A stretch of 64,000 nt of DNA, from contig OY730476.1 of NCBI GenBank assembly GCA_963422735.1, positions 768,001-832,000 on the forward strand. The letters run 5' to 3'. Source of the DNA: Candidatus Latescibacterota bacterium. Lineage in GTDB: Bacteria; Latescibacterota; UBA2968; UBA8231. A program made the position numbers and the translations under genes. Under the pieces are notes generated by a model, which had not been told where the DNA came from, did no database searches, and worked only from the letters and a program-made list of their open reading frames with translations. This document shows, one piece after another, positions 1 through 9,605 of the stretch (the first letter of the stretch is position 1; every line of letters begins with the position of its first letter).

Positions 1-1064
1 CCCCTCGGGTTAGTGCGGCCGTGCGCACGCCCCGGTTTTCCGACTTGACGCACGATTTTCACGTCTGCCAGCACTGCTTTTCGGTTTCTTCGGCGACTCG
101 TCCGGTCCACACCTCGCTTTTTACTGGGCTATACCCATTTGAACACGGCATCGAAGGCCAGCAGTCGCCCGCTATGCGGCAGGGCTTTGCCAACCTCTTC
201 GACCTCTGCCATCGAGCCGGCTATGCGGTCGGTGCGTTCTCAGAGGCCCCGGACATTTTTACCGGCCTGAGCTACGCCGACCACATAGCCCCCTTGCCAG
301 CCGACGAGCAGCTTGCCGGCTGGCTACAACGCCGCGAGCCGACTGTTCTCTTTATTCACTACTGGAGCGTTCATCCTCCTTACGGCGCCGCAGATGGGCT
401 GGCCTTCGGGGAGGTGGGCCAGCTACTAGCGGCCGGGCGCATCGACTTGGTACAGGCGCGTTATCGAGCTGCCATTGAACAGCTCTTCGAGCGGCATATT
501 GCCCGGCTGTTGGCCGCCTTGGACCTGAGCGCGTGGGCCGTTTTCATCATCAGCGACCACGGTCAGAGCTGGCGGGACGACGAACCCTATCACGGCCAGA
601 CCTTGTGCAACGACGTGCTGCGGGTGCCTTTGTACTACCGACTTCCCTCGGAGGAATCTGCCGGGCGCGGCTTGATTTCCCTCGTAGATCTTTTCCCTAC
701 TTTCTTGTCTCTATTGGAGTTAGATCACTCCTACCGCGGCTTTGCCCGCGACATTCGCTCCCCGCTCACGCCCCAGTACTATCTCGCCGAAATCGACCCC
801 GGCCCGACAGTCCCCCACTATGGCCGCCAGTGGTCGCTCTTTGACGCGGACGCCAAGTTCACTTACGACGAAGAGACTCAGCGTGAGACCTTAGTTTCCA
901 CCTTCAGCGAAACGCCGCGCTCGGCCTTGGGCCGCTCACACCAGTACCACGCGGCATACGCTGCGCTCAAGGCAGCGTCAAGCTACGGGCATTCGGATTG
1001 GGGTCCGCTCACGGATCGCACAATGTTGGAGCAGCGGCTGCGGAAGCTAGGCTATTTGGATTGA
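1..1064 (+). CDS. Sulfatase-like hydrolase/transferase (alkaline phosphatase superfamily), probably 5'-truncated by window edge
   Basis: TRPVHTSLFTGLYP, HYWSVHPPY, ISDHG motifs and C-terminal RLRKLGYLD typical of sulfatase-like proteins; ORF track 21..1064. Confidence 0.75.
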   Translation, partial: PRVSAAVRTPRFSDLTHDFHVCQHCFSVSSATRPVHTSLFTGLYPFEHGIEGQQSPAMRQGFANLFDLCHRAGYAVGAFSEAPDIFTGLSYADHIAPLPADEQLAGWLQRREPTVLFIHYWSVHPPYGAADGLAFGEVGQLLAAGRIDLVQARYRAAIEQLFERHIARLLAALDLSAWAVFIISDHGQSWRDDEPYHGQTLCNDVLRVPLYYRLPSEESAGRGLISLVDLFPTFLSLLELDHSYRGFARDIRSPLTPQYYLAEIDPGPTVPHYGRQWSLFDADAKFTYDEETQRETLVSTFSETPRSALGRSHQYHAAYAALKAASSYGHSDWGPLTDRTMLEQRLRKLGYLD

Positions 1065-1065
1065 T
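1042..1065. repeat. 24-bp direct repeat, copy 1 (GGAAGCTAGGCTATTTGGATTGAT)
   Basis: 23/24 identical to 1423..1446; contains the sulfatase stop and an image of the GNAT 3' end. Confidence 0.9.
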
Positions 1066-1089
1066 TTTCGTCCGGGCCGCCGGCAGGGC

Positions 1090-1415
1090 CCGTTATTATG
1101 ATCCACGTCAAACGCCGATAGCAATTCCTCGCTGCCGAGCATGTCGTCCAAGGATAGAGAACGGATCCTACGCGCCAGCAACGTCGGCGTACCCGTCTCG
1201 AACCAGTAGGCCCCGAACTGATGATCGAAGAACAGCAACAACACGTCGAAGGGGTTGTACACCCTCTCGTCGCCCAGCCAGTTGTAGCCGTTGTGCCACG
1301 TGCGTATTTCATTCCGGTCCAACCTAAGAAGTTCCGGCGCAAACACCGCGTCCAAGTCTGCCTCGGTATAGCCGCAAATGGCCGAATAGCGCGGGTCTAA
1401 GGTAATGTCAATGAG
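1090..1415 (-). pseudogene. Internal fragment of AAA-ATPase-like / PD-(D/E)XK nuclease family gene
   Basis: LIDITLDPRYSAICGYTEADL...WHNGYNWLG..RVYNPFDVL...YWFETGTPT is the conserved middle of this family; Walker A and nuclease parts are missing; boundaries approximate. Confidence 0.8.
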
Positions 1416-1422
1416 GCGGGCG

Positions 1423-1446
1423 GGAAGCTGGGCTATTTGGATTGAT
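1423..1446. repeat. 24-bp direct repeat, copy 2 (GGAAGCTGGGCTATTTGGATTGAT)
   Basis: Overlaps the GNAT stop codon; 23/24 identical to 1042..1065. Confidence 0.9.
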
Positions 1447-1993
1447 CTGAGGCCGCGAACGCGGGTTTCATCGTCTGATAATCGGCCCCCAAACGGGCAA
1501 ATATGTCGGCCCACCGGCGCGGATAGGATGGATGGCTGTTATTGGGCGCGAAGCCCAGCTTGAGGTAACAGCGCAGGGCCGGGATGCGGAAGTCGTCGGT
1601 CAGCAGGTATATGGGCCGTGGACCTAAAGCCTTGGCTTGGGCCACGGCTGCTCCTACGATAAACTTGCCTAGGTCGCGCCCCTGAAAGGCCGGATGAACC
1701 GCAACCCAACCGATTTCCCAACAAGGCCGCAACTCGCGGATGCGGTCGTTGCAACCCGTACAGGCGACGATCTGCCCCTTGCACTCGACAAAGAGCTGGA
1801 CCCGGGTTCCTTCCAGTACGCTTTCTAGCCGCTGCCGGTCCCAACGGCCCAATTCGCCGTTGTCCTGCAATAGGGCCAGCCAGCCCTCCTCGTCGCCCGG
1901 CTGGTACGTCCGCAGCCGATAGCCGGCCATCTCCGGCAAGGCCGGGGCCGTCTCGCGCCCATACCAGAGGATGAGCTGGGGCAGGGGATTCAA
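1433..1993 (-). CDS. GNAT family N-acetyltransferase
   Basis: VAVHPAFQGRDLGK acetyl-CoA motif, ALRCYLKLGF. Confidence 0.85.
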   Translation of the reverse strand: MNPLPQLILWYGRETAPALPEMAGYRLRTYQPGDEEGWLALLQDNGELGRWDRQRLESVLEGTRVQLFVECKGQIVACTGCNDRIRELRPCWEIGWVAVHPAFQGRDLGKFIVGAAVAQAKALGPRPIYLLTDDFRIPALRCYLKLGFAPNNSHPSYPRRWADIFARLGADYQTMKPAFAASDQSK

Positions 1994-2400
1994 GTGCGGC
2001 CTTCCTGACGCCGGAAAAGAGACGACTTAAACTGCTCGGGACGATGGGGCTGGAGAACGACGATTTCGCACTGAGGGAAGGCTCCGGCCAAGCCCGCTGG
2101 CCTCCTTTGATCGTAGCCGAGGGCAATAATGTGGGGCGCGATCTCGCCGACGATGCGCAAAAAGTTACACCCCGCGTGGCCGAGGCGGACCTCGGTGACT
2201 TCGGGCAGCTTCGCCAGCGCGGCTTTGCGCTCCTCTTGGGATTGATCGGGATAGTGCCCCTTGATGCGCCGGACGTTCTCGTCGCGGGCGACCACGACGA
2301 ACAGTTCGTCGCCCAGCGCAGCCGCCTGCTCGATGAAGGAGCGGTGGCCCGGATGCAGGTAATCAAAAGTGCCGCAGCACAGTACGCGGGTTTTATTCAT
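1990..2400 (-). CDS. Cytidylyltransferase-family nucleotidyltransferase (RibL-type FAD synthase-like)
   Basis: GTFDYLHPGH (HxGH), VVVARD, IALGYDQ, KSS. Confidence 0.75.
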   Translation of the reverse strand: MNKTRVLCCGTFDYLHPGHRSFIEQAAALGDELFVVVARDENVRRIKGHYPDQSQEERKAALAKLPEVTEVRLGHAGCNFLRIVGEIAPHIIALGYDQRRPAGLAGAFPQCEIVVLQPHRPEQFKSSLFRRQEGRT

Positions 2401-2836
2401 CGGCGCGCCGGTCTATCCAATACTCGACACCGCGATCCTTGGCAAAAATGCGGCCGAAGCGGTCGGCGTCGGCATGATTGGCGAAATAGCCGATCCGCAC
2501 ACGCACGCCAGCATCGCTCTGCATGCTATAGACCGGATAGCCCTCGTCCTTCAATTCGCGCACCTTCTGATCGGCTCGTTTCGCGTCCCGATAGACACCA
2601 ACTTGAATGGTGAATTGGCCTTCGGGATCAAAAAATATCGGGCTAGTATCGCTGGTATCGACGGCATCCGCTAGGGTGGACACAGAATCAGCCGGGGTTA
2701 AGACGACTACTTCGCGACGGCCGGCAGGTTCGAGATCCTGTTCGTCTTTGCGGACACCACCCTCGTTGGCGCATCCCCCGGCCCAGACGAGGGTACAGGC
2801 GAGCATCCACAGCCTATTGGGATTCGCCGCGTTCAA
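2393..2836 (-). CDS. SPOR domain lipoprotein
   Basis: Lipobox-like AGGC; FTIQVGVY...RVRIGYF...A SPOR pattern. Confidence 0.8.
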   Translation of the reverse strand: MNAANPNRLWMLACTLVWAGGCANEGGVRKDEQDLEPAGRREVVVLTPADSVSTLADAVDTSDTSPIFFDPEGQFTIQVGVYRDAKRADQKVRELKDEGYPVYSMQSDAGVRVRIGYFANHADADRFGRIFAKDRGVEYWIDRRADE

Positions 2837-4134
2837 TGCACAGCCTTGAGCGCATCAAAATGAATGCGGAGGGTTTCTTCGACATCCCCTTCCCCGTGGG
2901 CAAGCGAGGGAAACATACATTCGTATTGGGAGGGGGCCAGATAGAGACCCCGCTCTAGGCAAGCCCAGAAATAGCGCTTAAAGCGCGCTAGATCGACCGT
3001 GCCGACGCTGGCAAAATCCACCACCGGGCACGAGGTAAAAAATAGGCAGAGCATGGCACCAACCCGGTTTAGCGCATAGCTCAAACCCAGTTTTTGCAGG
3101 TTGTCAACCATGCCAGCCGCCAAGTCGGCGCAGCGGCTCTCCAGCGTTTCGTACATTCCGGGTTCGGACAGCATATTCAATTGCTCCAAACCAGCGGCCA
3201 TGGCCAGCGGGTTGCCCGATAAGGTACCGGCCTGCGAGACTTTTATGCCCAGCGGCGACACGTTTTCCATAATCTCCCGCTTGCCGCCGTACGCGGCGGC
3301 CGGCAAGCCCCCCCCGACGATCTTGCCCAAGCATGTCAGGTCGGGCAGCACGCCATAGCGCTCTTGCGCCCCGCCCGGGCCAACGCGGAACCCAGTAATG
3401 ACTTCGTCGAAGATGAGGACGATTCCCTCTTCATCGGCTATTTGGCGCAGTGCGGGGAGAAACCCCTCGCGCGGGAGCACAGCCCCCATATTGCCGGCCA
3501 CCGGCTCGACGATGATGGCAGCGATCTGGCCGCTGTTTTCCCGCGCGAACGCCCGCACGGCATCCGCGTCGTTGTACGGCAGCGTCAAGGTCGAATCGAC
3601 CACGCTTTGCGGCACGCCCGGACTGGTGGGGACCCCCAAGGTCAGGGCCGAAGACCCGGCCTCGCTCAAGAAGCTGTCCCCATGCCCGTGCCAGCAACCC
3701 TCGAACTTGGCGATTTTGTCCCTTCCGGTATAGCCGCGAGCCAAGCGCACCGCGGCCATCGTGGCTTCGGTCCCCGAACTCACCATCCGCACCATTTCGA
3801 TGGACGGCACCATCTCCACGATGCGCTCGGCCAGCGCGATTTCCAGCTCGGTCGGGGCACCGAAACTGGTCCCCTTCGCGCAGGCTTCCTGCACGGCTTT
3901 TACGACGCGGGGATGAGCATGGCCGAAAATGAGCGGCCCCCAAGAGCACACGTAGTCGATGTATTCGCGGCCGTCGATATCAAACAGCCGCGAACCAGCC
4001 CCCCGGTCGATGAAGCGAGGGCCACCGCCCACCGCACCAAAGGCTCTAGCTGGGCTGTTTACTCCCCCTGGGATGACTTTCTGCGCTTGGGCGAAAGCCC
4101 TTGCGGAGCTAGGTGGCGACATGAGTCTATCCAC
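2833..4134 (-). CDS. hemL: Glutamate-1-semialdehyde 2,1-aminomutase
   Basis: IPGGVNSPARAF, DYVCSWGP, SGTEATM, FDEVITGFR, LGKIVGGGLP, AGTLSGNP. Confidence 0.97.
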   Translation of the reverse strand: MDRLMSPPSSARAFAQAQKVIPGGVNSPARAFGAVGGGPRFIDRGAGSRLFDIDGREYIDYVCSWGPLIFGHAHPRVVKAVQEACAKGTSFGAPTELEIALAERIVEMVPSIEMVRMVSSGTEATMAAVRLARGYTGRDKIAKFEGCWHGHGDSFLSEAGSSALTLGVPTSPGVPQSVVDSTLTLPYNDADAVRAFARENSGQIAAIIVEPVAGNMGAVLPREGFLPALRQIADEEGIVLIFDEVITGFRVGPGGAQERYGVLPDLTCLGKIVGGGLPAAAYGGKREIMENVSPLGIKVSQAGTLSGNPLAMAAGLEQLNMLSEPGMYETLESRCADLAAGMVDNLQKLGLSYALNRVGAMLCLFFTSCPVVDFASVGTVDLARFKRYFWACLERGLYLAPSQYECMFPSLAHGEGDVEETLRIHFDALKAVH

Positions 4135-4168
4135 TTAATACACCACACCCGAGCAGCAGACAGACGAA

Positions 4169-4228
4169 TTAGTCGTCATCGTCGCCCCGACCAGTATCAT
4201 CGTCGTCATCCAAAATAATCGTTTTCAT
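4169..4228 (-). CDS. 19-aa Asp-rich microprotein MKTIILDDDDDTGRGDDDD
   Basis: ATG..TAA ORF below the track threshold; AAGGGGAG SD ~7 nt upstream; AT-rich promoter-like stretch at 4261-4300. Confidence 0.6.
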   Translation of the reverse strand: MKTIILDDDDDTGRGDDDD

Positions 4229-4309
4229 TAGATCGTCTCCCCTTACAGAAAGCGATGTAGTTAGATCCTTTTCCTTTTTTTAATATAATAATACTTTTCC
4301 TTAGAGCGT

Positions 4310-5278
4310 TCACAGTATCTGTAAAAGCCCAGCCTCTTCCTCTTCCAAACGTTCAAGAACGACCAGCCGATACGCCCGCCCGCGCTCGCGCATCTCCAAG
4401 TCGGCCAAGACTTCCAGAGGATAGTCCCCGGCTTCCAAAAGGGCGATGAAATGGGCGAAATGGGCGACTTGAACGATAGCGATCCCACCTGCTCGCAACA
4501 CCCGCGCCAATTCGGCCAGCTCAGCGGCAGGGTTTTCTCCGGCCAAGCTGAACGCGTAATCGAGACGCGCACCCACAAGAGGCAGATGATCCAGCGCGGC
4601 GATTAGGTGCGCTCGGATACCTACTAGCAGGCGCGGCGCAAACGCCTCTTGTAGCGCGGCCAACTCACCAAGATCGCGGCGCGCCCAGAGGACGCACGCC
4701 CCCGGCCGCATGGCCGACAAGCGGCCCAAGCAATACGCCACGGCCGCATTCGGTGCTGCGCCCTCCCCCAGCCGCAGACCCAACAAAGCACGTCGCCCAG
4801 TTAGCTGTAGGTGCAGCCGCAGCAGATGCGACCCTTTGCCTCGGCGCAACCCGTGCTTGTCGCGTAAAACCGCGGTCACGGCCGCGATCAGCTCGGCCGC
4901 GCTAAACCGATATCGGCCCCGCAGCGTCGCGCTCAGGGCAAAAGCACGGGTGTCAACTGCTGCGGATTGGGCCTGCGCGAGGCTTTTGACTGGCGTCAGA
5001 TCGCAGCGGGCGATGCGTTTGCAGATGTATTCAAGGCCCGGGCGACCCACCGTAACGCCGTGCATCTGGCCAATTAAACCGGCGAGTTGCACGGCCGAGC
5101 GCAGGCGCAGCAGCCGCCCCGGGCTGCGCCTGTACGCGAAGAAAATCTGGCCCACGCGCCCGCCCGGTTCGACTTCGATCTGCTGTGCTTCGGGCGCGTA
5201 CTCGCGCAACTCGTCGAGTGCGACCGCCTCCAATCCGCTCGGCACTGCGATCCAATAGCGATAGATCTTGTCGGCCAT
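4310..5278 (-). CDS. THUMP-domain RNA methyltransferase-like protein with degenerate SAM-binding region
   Basis: N-terminal VPSGLEAVALDEL..RLRS like Trm14/RlmL; C-terminal ELARVLRAGG; no DPxCGxG motif. Confidence 0.55.
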   Translation of the reverse strand: MADKIYRYWIAVPSGLEAVALDELREYAPEAQQIEVEPGGRVGQIFFAYRRSPGRLLRLRSAVQLAGLIGQMHGVTVGRPGLEYICKRIARCDLTPVKSLAQAQSAAVDTRAFALSATLRGRYRFSAAELIAAVTAVLRDKHGLRRGKGSHLLRLHLQLTGRRALLGLRLGEGAAPNAAVAYCLGRLSAMRPGACVLWARRDLGELAALQEAFAPRLLVGIRAHLIAALDHLPLVGARLDYAFSLAGENPAAELAELARVLRAGGIAIVQVAHFAHFIALLEAGDYPLEVLADLEMRERGRAYRLVVLERLEEEEAGLLQIL

Positions 5279-6561
5279 TACTCCGCGCGTCCCGTGGGCA
5301 CAATCTGCATCGCGCTCAGGTGCACTGGCGACAAGCAGCTCTCCAGCACTTCGAGGATATCACCGACCGCGATCTGCTCGCGTACGTCAAAATAGACGCT
5401 GGGCGCGGCCCCGCTTACTGCGGCCGAGCAGAGCAGATCGGCCACATCTTCGGCTTGCTCCCACGCGCGCAGCAGCAGGCCGTAGGCTTTGCGCTGGGCG
5501 CGGCCCAAATCCGCGGCCACAGCGCACTCGTCGAGGCCGGCCAACGCAGCACCTATTTCCTCGCACAATCGCTCGCTCTGCTGGGTATATCCGCCCACCG
5601 TGCAAAAGCAGAACGTGGGCTCGGCATAGACCTCGGCCCCAAAGGCATCGCCGTCGATCAGGCCATCTTCGTAGTGCGCGGCAAAAAAATTGCTCGCCGG
5701 CCCCAAGGCGATGTCCAAGGCCAGCTCTAAGGCCAATTCCCGCAGGAGCAAGTCGCGGCCCGACCGGCCCGCCTTGTCGTCGCCGAAAAACAGCAAGGTA
5801 TAGGGCCGGCTGACCGGCAGTGCCAAAGCCCCGAGCGGCTGCGGAGCCGGCAAAGCCACCGGCCGCTCCACGCGGTCCCATGCGGAGCGTGGCCGGTTGT
5901 ACTTTGGCAAGGTGGACTCAACGGCCGCGCAAGTGGCCTCTACGTCGAAATCCCCGCACAAGTACAACCCCATGTATTCGGGTCGGTAAAAGACCTCGTG
6001 GCAACGGGTTAGCGCGTCCGCGTCGATCTGTCCGATGCTCTCCCGCGTACCGGCCATGTCCCACGCCAAGGGCTCGTTTCGGTACAGCCCCTCAAGGCCG
6101 CGCAAAAACCCGACCCACTCCGGGTCGTCGCAGCTTATCTGTAGCTCGCGGTCGATGATTTCGCGCTCCTGAGCGACGCCAACCGGCAGGATGTGCAAGT
6201 CCAACGCCAGTTCAAAGAGCAAATCTAGGTGGGCGGCAAAATGTTCGATGCACGTCAGGGAGAAGACAGTTGAAGTAAAACTGGTGCTGGCGTTTACGTC
6301 GCCACCGAGGCGGCTGATTTGCTCGGAGATGTCGCCGTAGGGTTTTGCAAAAAGGCGATGTTCGAGAAAGTGCGCGGTTCCAGCCGGCGTGGTCTGTACC
6401 TGCCCGGAGTCACAGGCGCGCAAATGCAAATCAACCGAACCGTAGTCTATGTATAGAACGGCCGCTTTTTGCCGACTGCCTGGCCGAGGTACCGCCCATA
6501 TATCGAGGCCACCTAAGCGGCTGCGGTACACGACTTCTCCCAATAGTGCATCCGCGATCAC
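5278..6561 (-). CDS. M16 family peptidase, YmfH-like (catalytic HxxEH subunit)
   Basis: PAGTAHFLEHRLF, NASTSFTST, EREIIDRE; GTG start just after the partner's stop. Confidence 0.88.
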   Translation of the reverse strand: MIADALLGEVVYRSRLGGLDIWAVPRPGSRQKAAVLYIDYGSVDLHLRACDSGQVQTTPAGTAHFLEHRLFAKPYGDISEQISRLGGDVNASTSFTSTVFSLTCIEHFAAHLDLLFELALDLHILPVGVAQEREIIDRELQISCDDPEWVGFLRGLEGLYRNEPLAWDMAGTRESIGQIDADALTRCHEVFYRPEYMGLYLCGDFDVEATCAAVESTLPKYNRPRSAWDRVERPVALPAPQPLGALALPVSRPYTLLFFGDDKAGRSGRDLLLRELALELALDIALGPASNFFAAHYEDGLIDGDAFGAEVYAEPTFCFCTVGGYTQQSERLCEEIGAALAGLDECAVAADLGRAQRKAYGLLLRAWEQAEDVADLLCSAAVSGAAPSVYFDVREQIAVGDILEVLESCLSPVHLSAMQIVPTGRAE

Positions 6562-6565
6562 GGTC

Positions 6566-7837
6566 TCACGTCCCGTGCAAGAGAAAGGCAGTGTCCGCTG
6601 CGACGCCACCAGCCACGCGGGCTAGCTCCTCGACGCCGACTTGCTCGATGCGCTGCCACAAAACTTGCGGGGACTGGCTCCCTCCGGTCAGCCCCTCCCG
6701 CAATTGATAGCGAAAAAAGCCCTCGCGGTCTTCGGCTAGCCCCAACAGCCGCGCCCTCAGCAAGTGCCGAGCTGCTTCGATTTCCCGGGGGTCAAAAACC
6801 CCTGAGCGCAGCGATTGGAGCTGTTCCTCCACCTTATTCCGGACCTCGGGGTACGCGGCGGCCTCAATGCCCGCAGCCACGAAGAGCAGTCCGCTCAATG
6901 CCTCAATATGCGATGCAATGTAGTAGCACAAGCCCTCTTCTTCCCGGAGGTGCTTAAACAGCCGCGATGGACCATCGCCGCCGAGCATCAGATTTAAGAG
7001 TACTAAGGCCGGATAGTCGTCTGTGCCGCCCGCTCCATAAGCGACTTGGGTGCGATAGCCCAGCACCATTTTTGCCTCTCGCACCGCTTGGCATTCAAAA
7101 ATCTCGCGCGGCGGCCCAGCGATGCGCGGGTGCGGTGGCTGGTGCTGAGGCTGGCTCGCGGCGCGCTCCCAAGTAAAAAGCGACTCCATCAAGGGATGAA
7201 TCTGCTCCAAGCGTAAATCGCCGCTTACGAAGAGGTCTAGGCGGTCGGCGGCCGTCCGCTCGCGGTGGAAAGCCCACAGCTCGTCGGCCTGCACGGCGGC
7301 AAAGTCCGCGGGGTTGCCCAGCGGCGACAGGCCCAGGGGTTCGCCCCGGCACATCTCTTCGCTGCATCGCCTTTGTGCATAGCTTAGTTTGTCGTTAAAG
7401 CCATCGGCGATTTGCCGCGCGAGGCGGTGCTTTTCGCGCTCTAGATATTCGCGCTGGAATCCGCTGCCATCGCGCAGGACATTGCGGAGGAAGGCCAGAC
7501 CGCGCGCTAGTATCCCTTTCTCCCCAAGGAAGTTCTCGTCGATGACCTCTAGACATAAATGAATGAACTGATGTTCGCCTAACCGATCGACTTGCACCGA
7601 GTAATGCGCCCCGTAGAGGTCGTCGATAAAGCGGTTGAGGCTCTGTACATCGGGCAGCTTGTGCGTACCACGCGCCAGCAGTCGGCTACTCAGGGCCATG
7701 AGCGAATGTTGCGGCGTACACAGCGGCGAGCTCAGACACACATCCACCCGGATCGTCTTGTACAACCCAATGCTGTGCAAGTGCAAATAAACGCCGTCCG
7801 CGAGTTGGATGCGGATGAATTCACCGGCTGTGTGCAT
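6566..7837 (-). CDS. M16 family peptidase, YmfF-like (inactive subunit)
   Basis: LARGT..IDDLYGA, GGDGPSRLFKHLREEEGLCYY; no HxxEH. Confidence 0.85.
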   Translation of the reverse strand: MHTAGEFIRIQLADGVYLHLHSIGLYKTIRVDVCLSSPLCTPQHSLMALSSRLLARGTHKLPDVQSLNRFIDDLYGAHYSVQVDRLGEHQFIHLCLEVIDENFLGEKGILARGLAFLRNVLRDGSGFQREYLEREKHRLARQIADGFNDKLSYAQRRCSEEMCRGEPLGLSPLGNPADFAAVQADELWAFHRERTAADRLDLFVSGDLRLEQIHPLMESLFTWERAASQPQHQPPHPRIAGPPREIFECQAVREAKMVLGYRTQVAYGAGGTDDYPALVLLNLMLGGDGPSRLFKHLREEEGLCYYIASHIEALSGLLFVAAGIEAAAYPEVRNKVEEQLQSLRSGVFDPREIEAARHLLRARLLGLAEDREGFFRYQLREGLTGGSQSPQVLWQRIEQVGVEELARVAGGVAADTAFLLHGT

Positions 7838-7877
7838 TGGCGCGTAGTATCCTTCTTAGTTTAGTTTGGCACACCGT

Positions 7878-8615
7878 ATGGATCCTCTCGACAACATCCG
7901 CGTCGTGCTCGTCGAGCCGGCGACGCCCGGCAATATCGGCGCTACGGCCCGGGTGCTCAAAACCACGGGCATAAGCCAGTTGGCCTTGGTCAATCCCGGG
8001 GCGTGGGATACGCCGGAAGCGCGCGCCTTTGCCCACGGCGCGGGCGATATTCTCGACGGCAGCCAAGTTTTTCCCAGCCTCGCCGCGGCCGTAGCCGACT
8101 GTCACATCGTCGTCGGCACGACTCATCGGCAGGGCCGCTTCCGCGCGGTTACTTCCGCGCCGGGGCCCCTGATTGCCCAATTAGCCTCCCAAGTACATCG
8201 CCACCGAATTGCCCTAGTGTTCGGACGCGAAAGAGATGGCTTGTGGCATGGGGAACTCGCGCTGTGCCACCAAGTACTGAGGTTCCCCACGGCCGTAGCC
8301 TATCCCTCCCTCAACCTCTCCCACGCCGTGCTCTTGTTCACCTATGGCCTATATGCGGCCGTGGGCGAAAAGCCACCGGACCCGCCCGTGCAACTGGCTA
8401 CGGCCGGCGAGCGCGAGCGCATGTTCGCTCAAATCCTGCAAGCTCTTGCCGAGATCGAGTTTACCCCGTACAACAACAAGCCGGATCACTTCGGCCGAGT
8501 GCTGCGCCGCTTCTTCAACAAGGTCGATTTGGAAGTTCGCGATGTGCGGGCGATTCAGACGATATGCAGCCAAATCCGCAAGTTCAGTCGCCGCTATCGC
8601 CGCAGTGCCGGGTAG
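7878..8615 (+). CDS. trmJ: SPOUT RNA methyltransferase, TrmJ/LasT family
   Basis: [39 protein letters not shown]. Confidence 0.85.
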   Translation: MDPLDNIRVVLVEPATPGNIGATARVLKTTGISQLALVNPGAWDTPEARAFAHGAGDILDGSQVFPSLAAAVADCHIVVGTTHRQGRFRAVTSAPGPLIAQLASQVHRHRIALVFGRERDGLWHGELALCHQVLRFPTAVAYPSLNLSHAVLLFTYGLYAAVGEKPPDPPVQLATAGERERMFAQILQALAEIEFTPYNNKPDHFGRVLRRFFNKVDLEVRDVRAIQTICSQIRKFSRRYRRSAG

Positions 8616-9604
8616 TCCGGCCTCAGTACTGGGGCCGACTGATGGGCCACCTGCTCTAAGTCCCAGTCAACCATCTGCTGCACCATTTCCTCAAAGCCGA
8701 CTTCGGGTGCCCAACCGAGTTTTTCCCGTGCCTTAGTCGCATCGCCCAACAGGGTATACACCTCTGCGGGGCGCAAAAAGCGCTCATCTACGACCACGTA
8801 TTGCCGCCAGTCCAAGCCGGCGTGGGCAAAGGCGACCTCGCAAAATTCGCCAATAGTGCGCGAGGTACCCGTGGCGATGACGTAGTCCTCAGGCTCGTCC
8901 TGCTGGAGCATCATCCACATCGCACGGACATAGTCGCCTGCATAGCCCCAATCGCGCCGGGGATCGAGGTTGCCGAGGGGCAGCTTCTCGTCCAACCCGC
9001 ACTTGATGCGAGCCACGCCATGCGTGATTTTGCGGGTGACGAACTCGCGCCCGCGGCGCGGCGACTCGTGATTGAAGAAAATGCCCGCGCAGGCAAACAG
9101 GCCGTAACTCTCTCGGTAGTTGATGGTGATCCAATGCGCGTAGAGCTTGGACACCCCATAGGGAGAGCGTGGATAGAAGGCCGTTTGCTCGTTCTGCGGC
9201 GTCTCTTGCGCCTTGCCGAATAGCTCGCTGGTGCTGGCCTGGTAAAAGCGAATGTTCTCGTCGCAAGCGCGGATAGCTTCCAAAAGCCGCGTCACGCCCA
9301 AGCCGGTGATCTCGCTGGTCAACATAGGCTGCTCCCAAGAGGCCGGCACAAAGGACTGGGCACCCAGATTGTACACTTCCTGCGGCCGCGCGGCCTGCAG
9401 CGCCGAAATCAGCGACTTTTGGTCCAACAGATCGCCGGAGATCAGCTCGATTTTGTCCTGCAAATGGCCGATCCGCTCAAAATTGACCGTGCTACTGCGG
9501 CGAATCAGCCCAAAGACCTCGTAGCCCTTTTCCAGCAGCAATTCGGCCAAGTACGAACCGTCTTGGCCGGTAATGCCGGTGATTACAGCGCGCTTCTGGC
9601 TCAT
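8594..9604 (-). CDS. gmd: GDP-mannose 4,6-dehydratase
   Basis: [42 protein letters not shown]. Confidence 0.97.
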   Translation of the reverse strand: MSQKRAVITGITGQDGSYLAELLLEKGYEVFGLIRRSSTVNFERIGHLQDKIELISGDLLDQKSLISALQAARPQEVYNLGAQSFVPASWEQPMLTSEITGLGVTRLLEAIRACDENIRFYQASTSELFGKAQETPQNEQTAFYPRSPYGVSKLYAHWITINYRESYGLFACAGIFFNHESPRRGREFVTRKITHGVARIKCGLDEKLPLGNLDPRRDWGYAGDYVRAMWMMLQQDEPEDYVIATGTSRTIGEFCEVAFAHAGLDWRQYVVVDERFLRPAEVYTLLGDATKAREKLGWAPEVGFEEMVQQMVDWDLEQVAHQSAPVLRPDYPALRR

Positions 9605-9605
9605 T

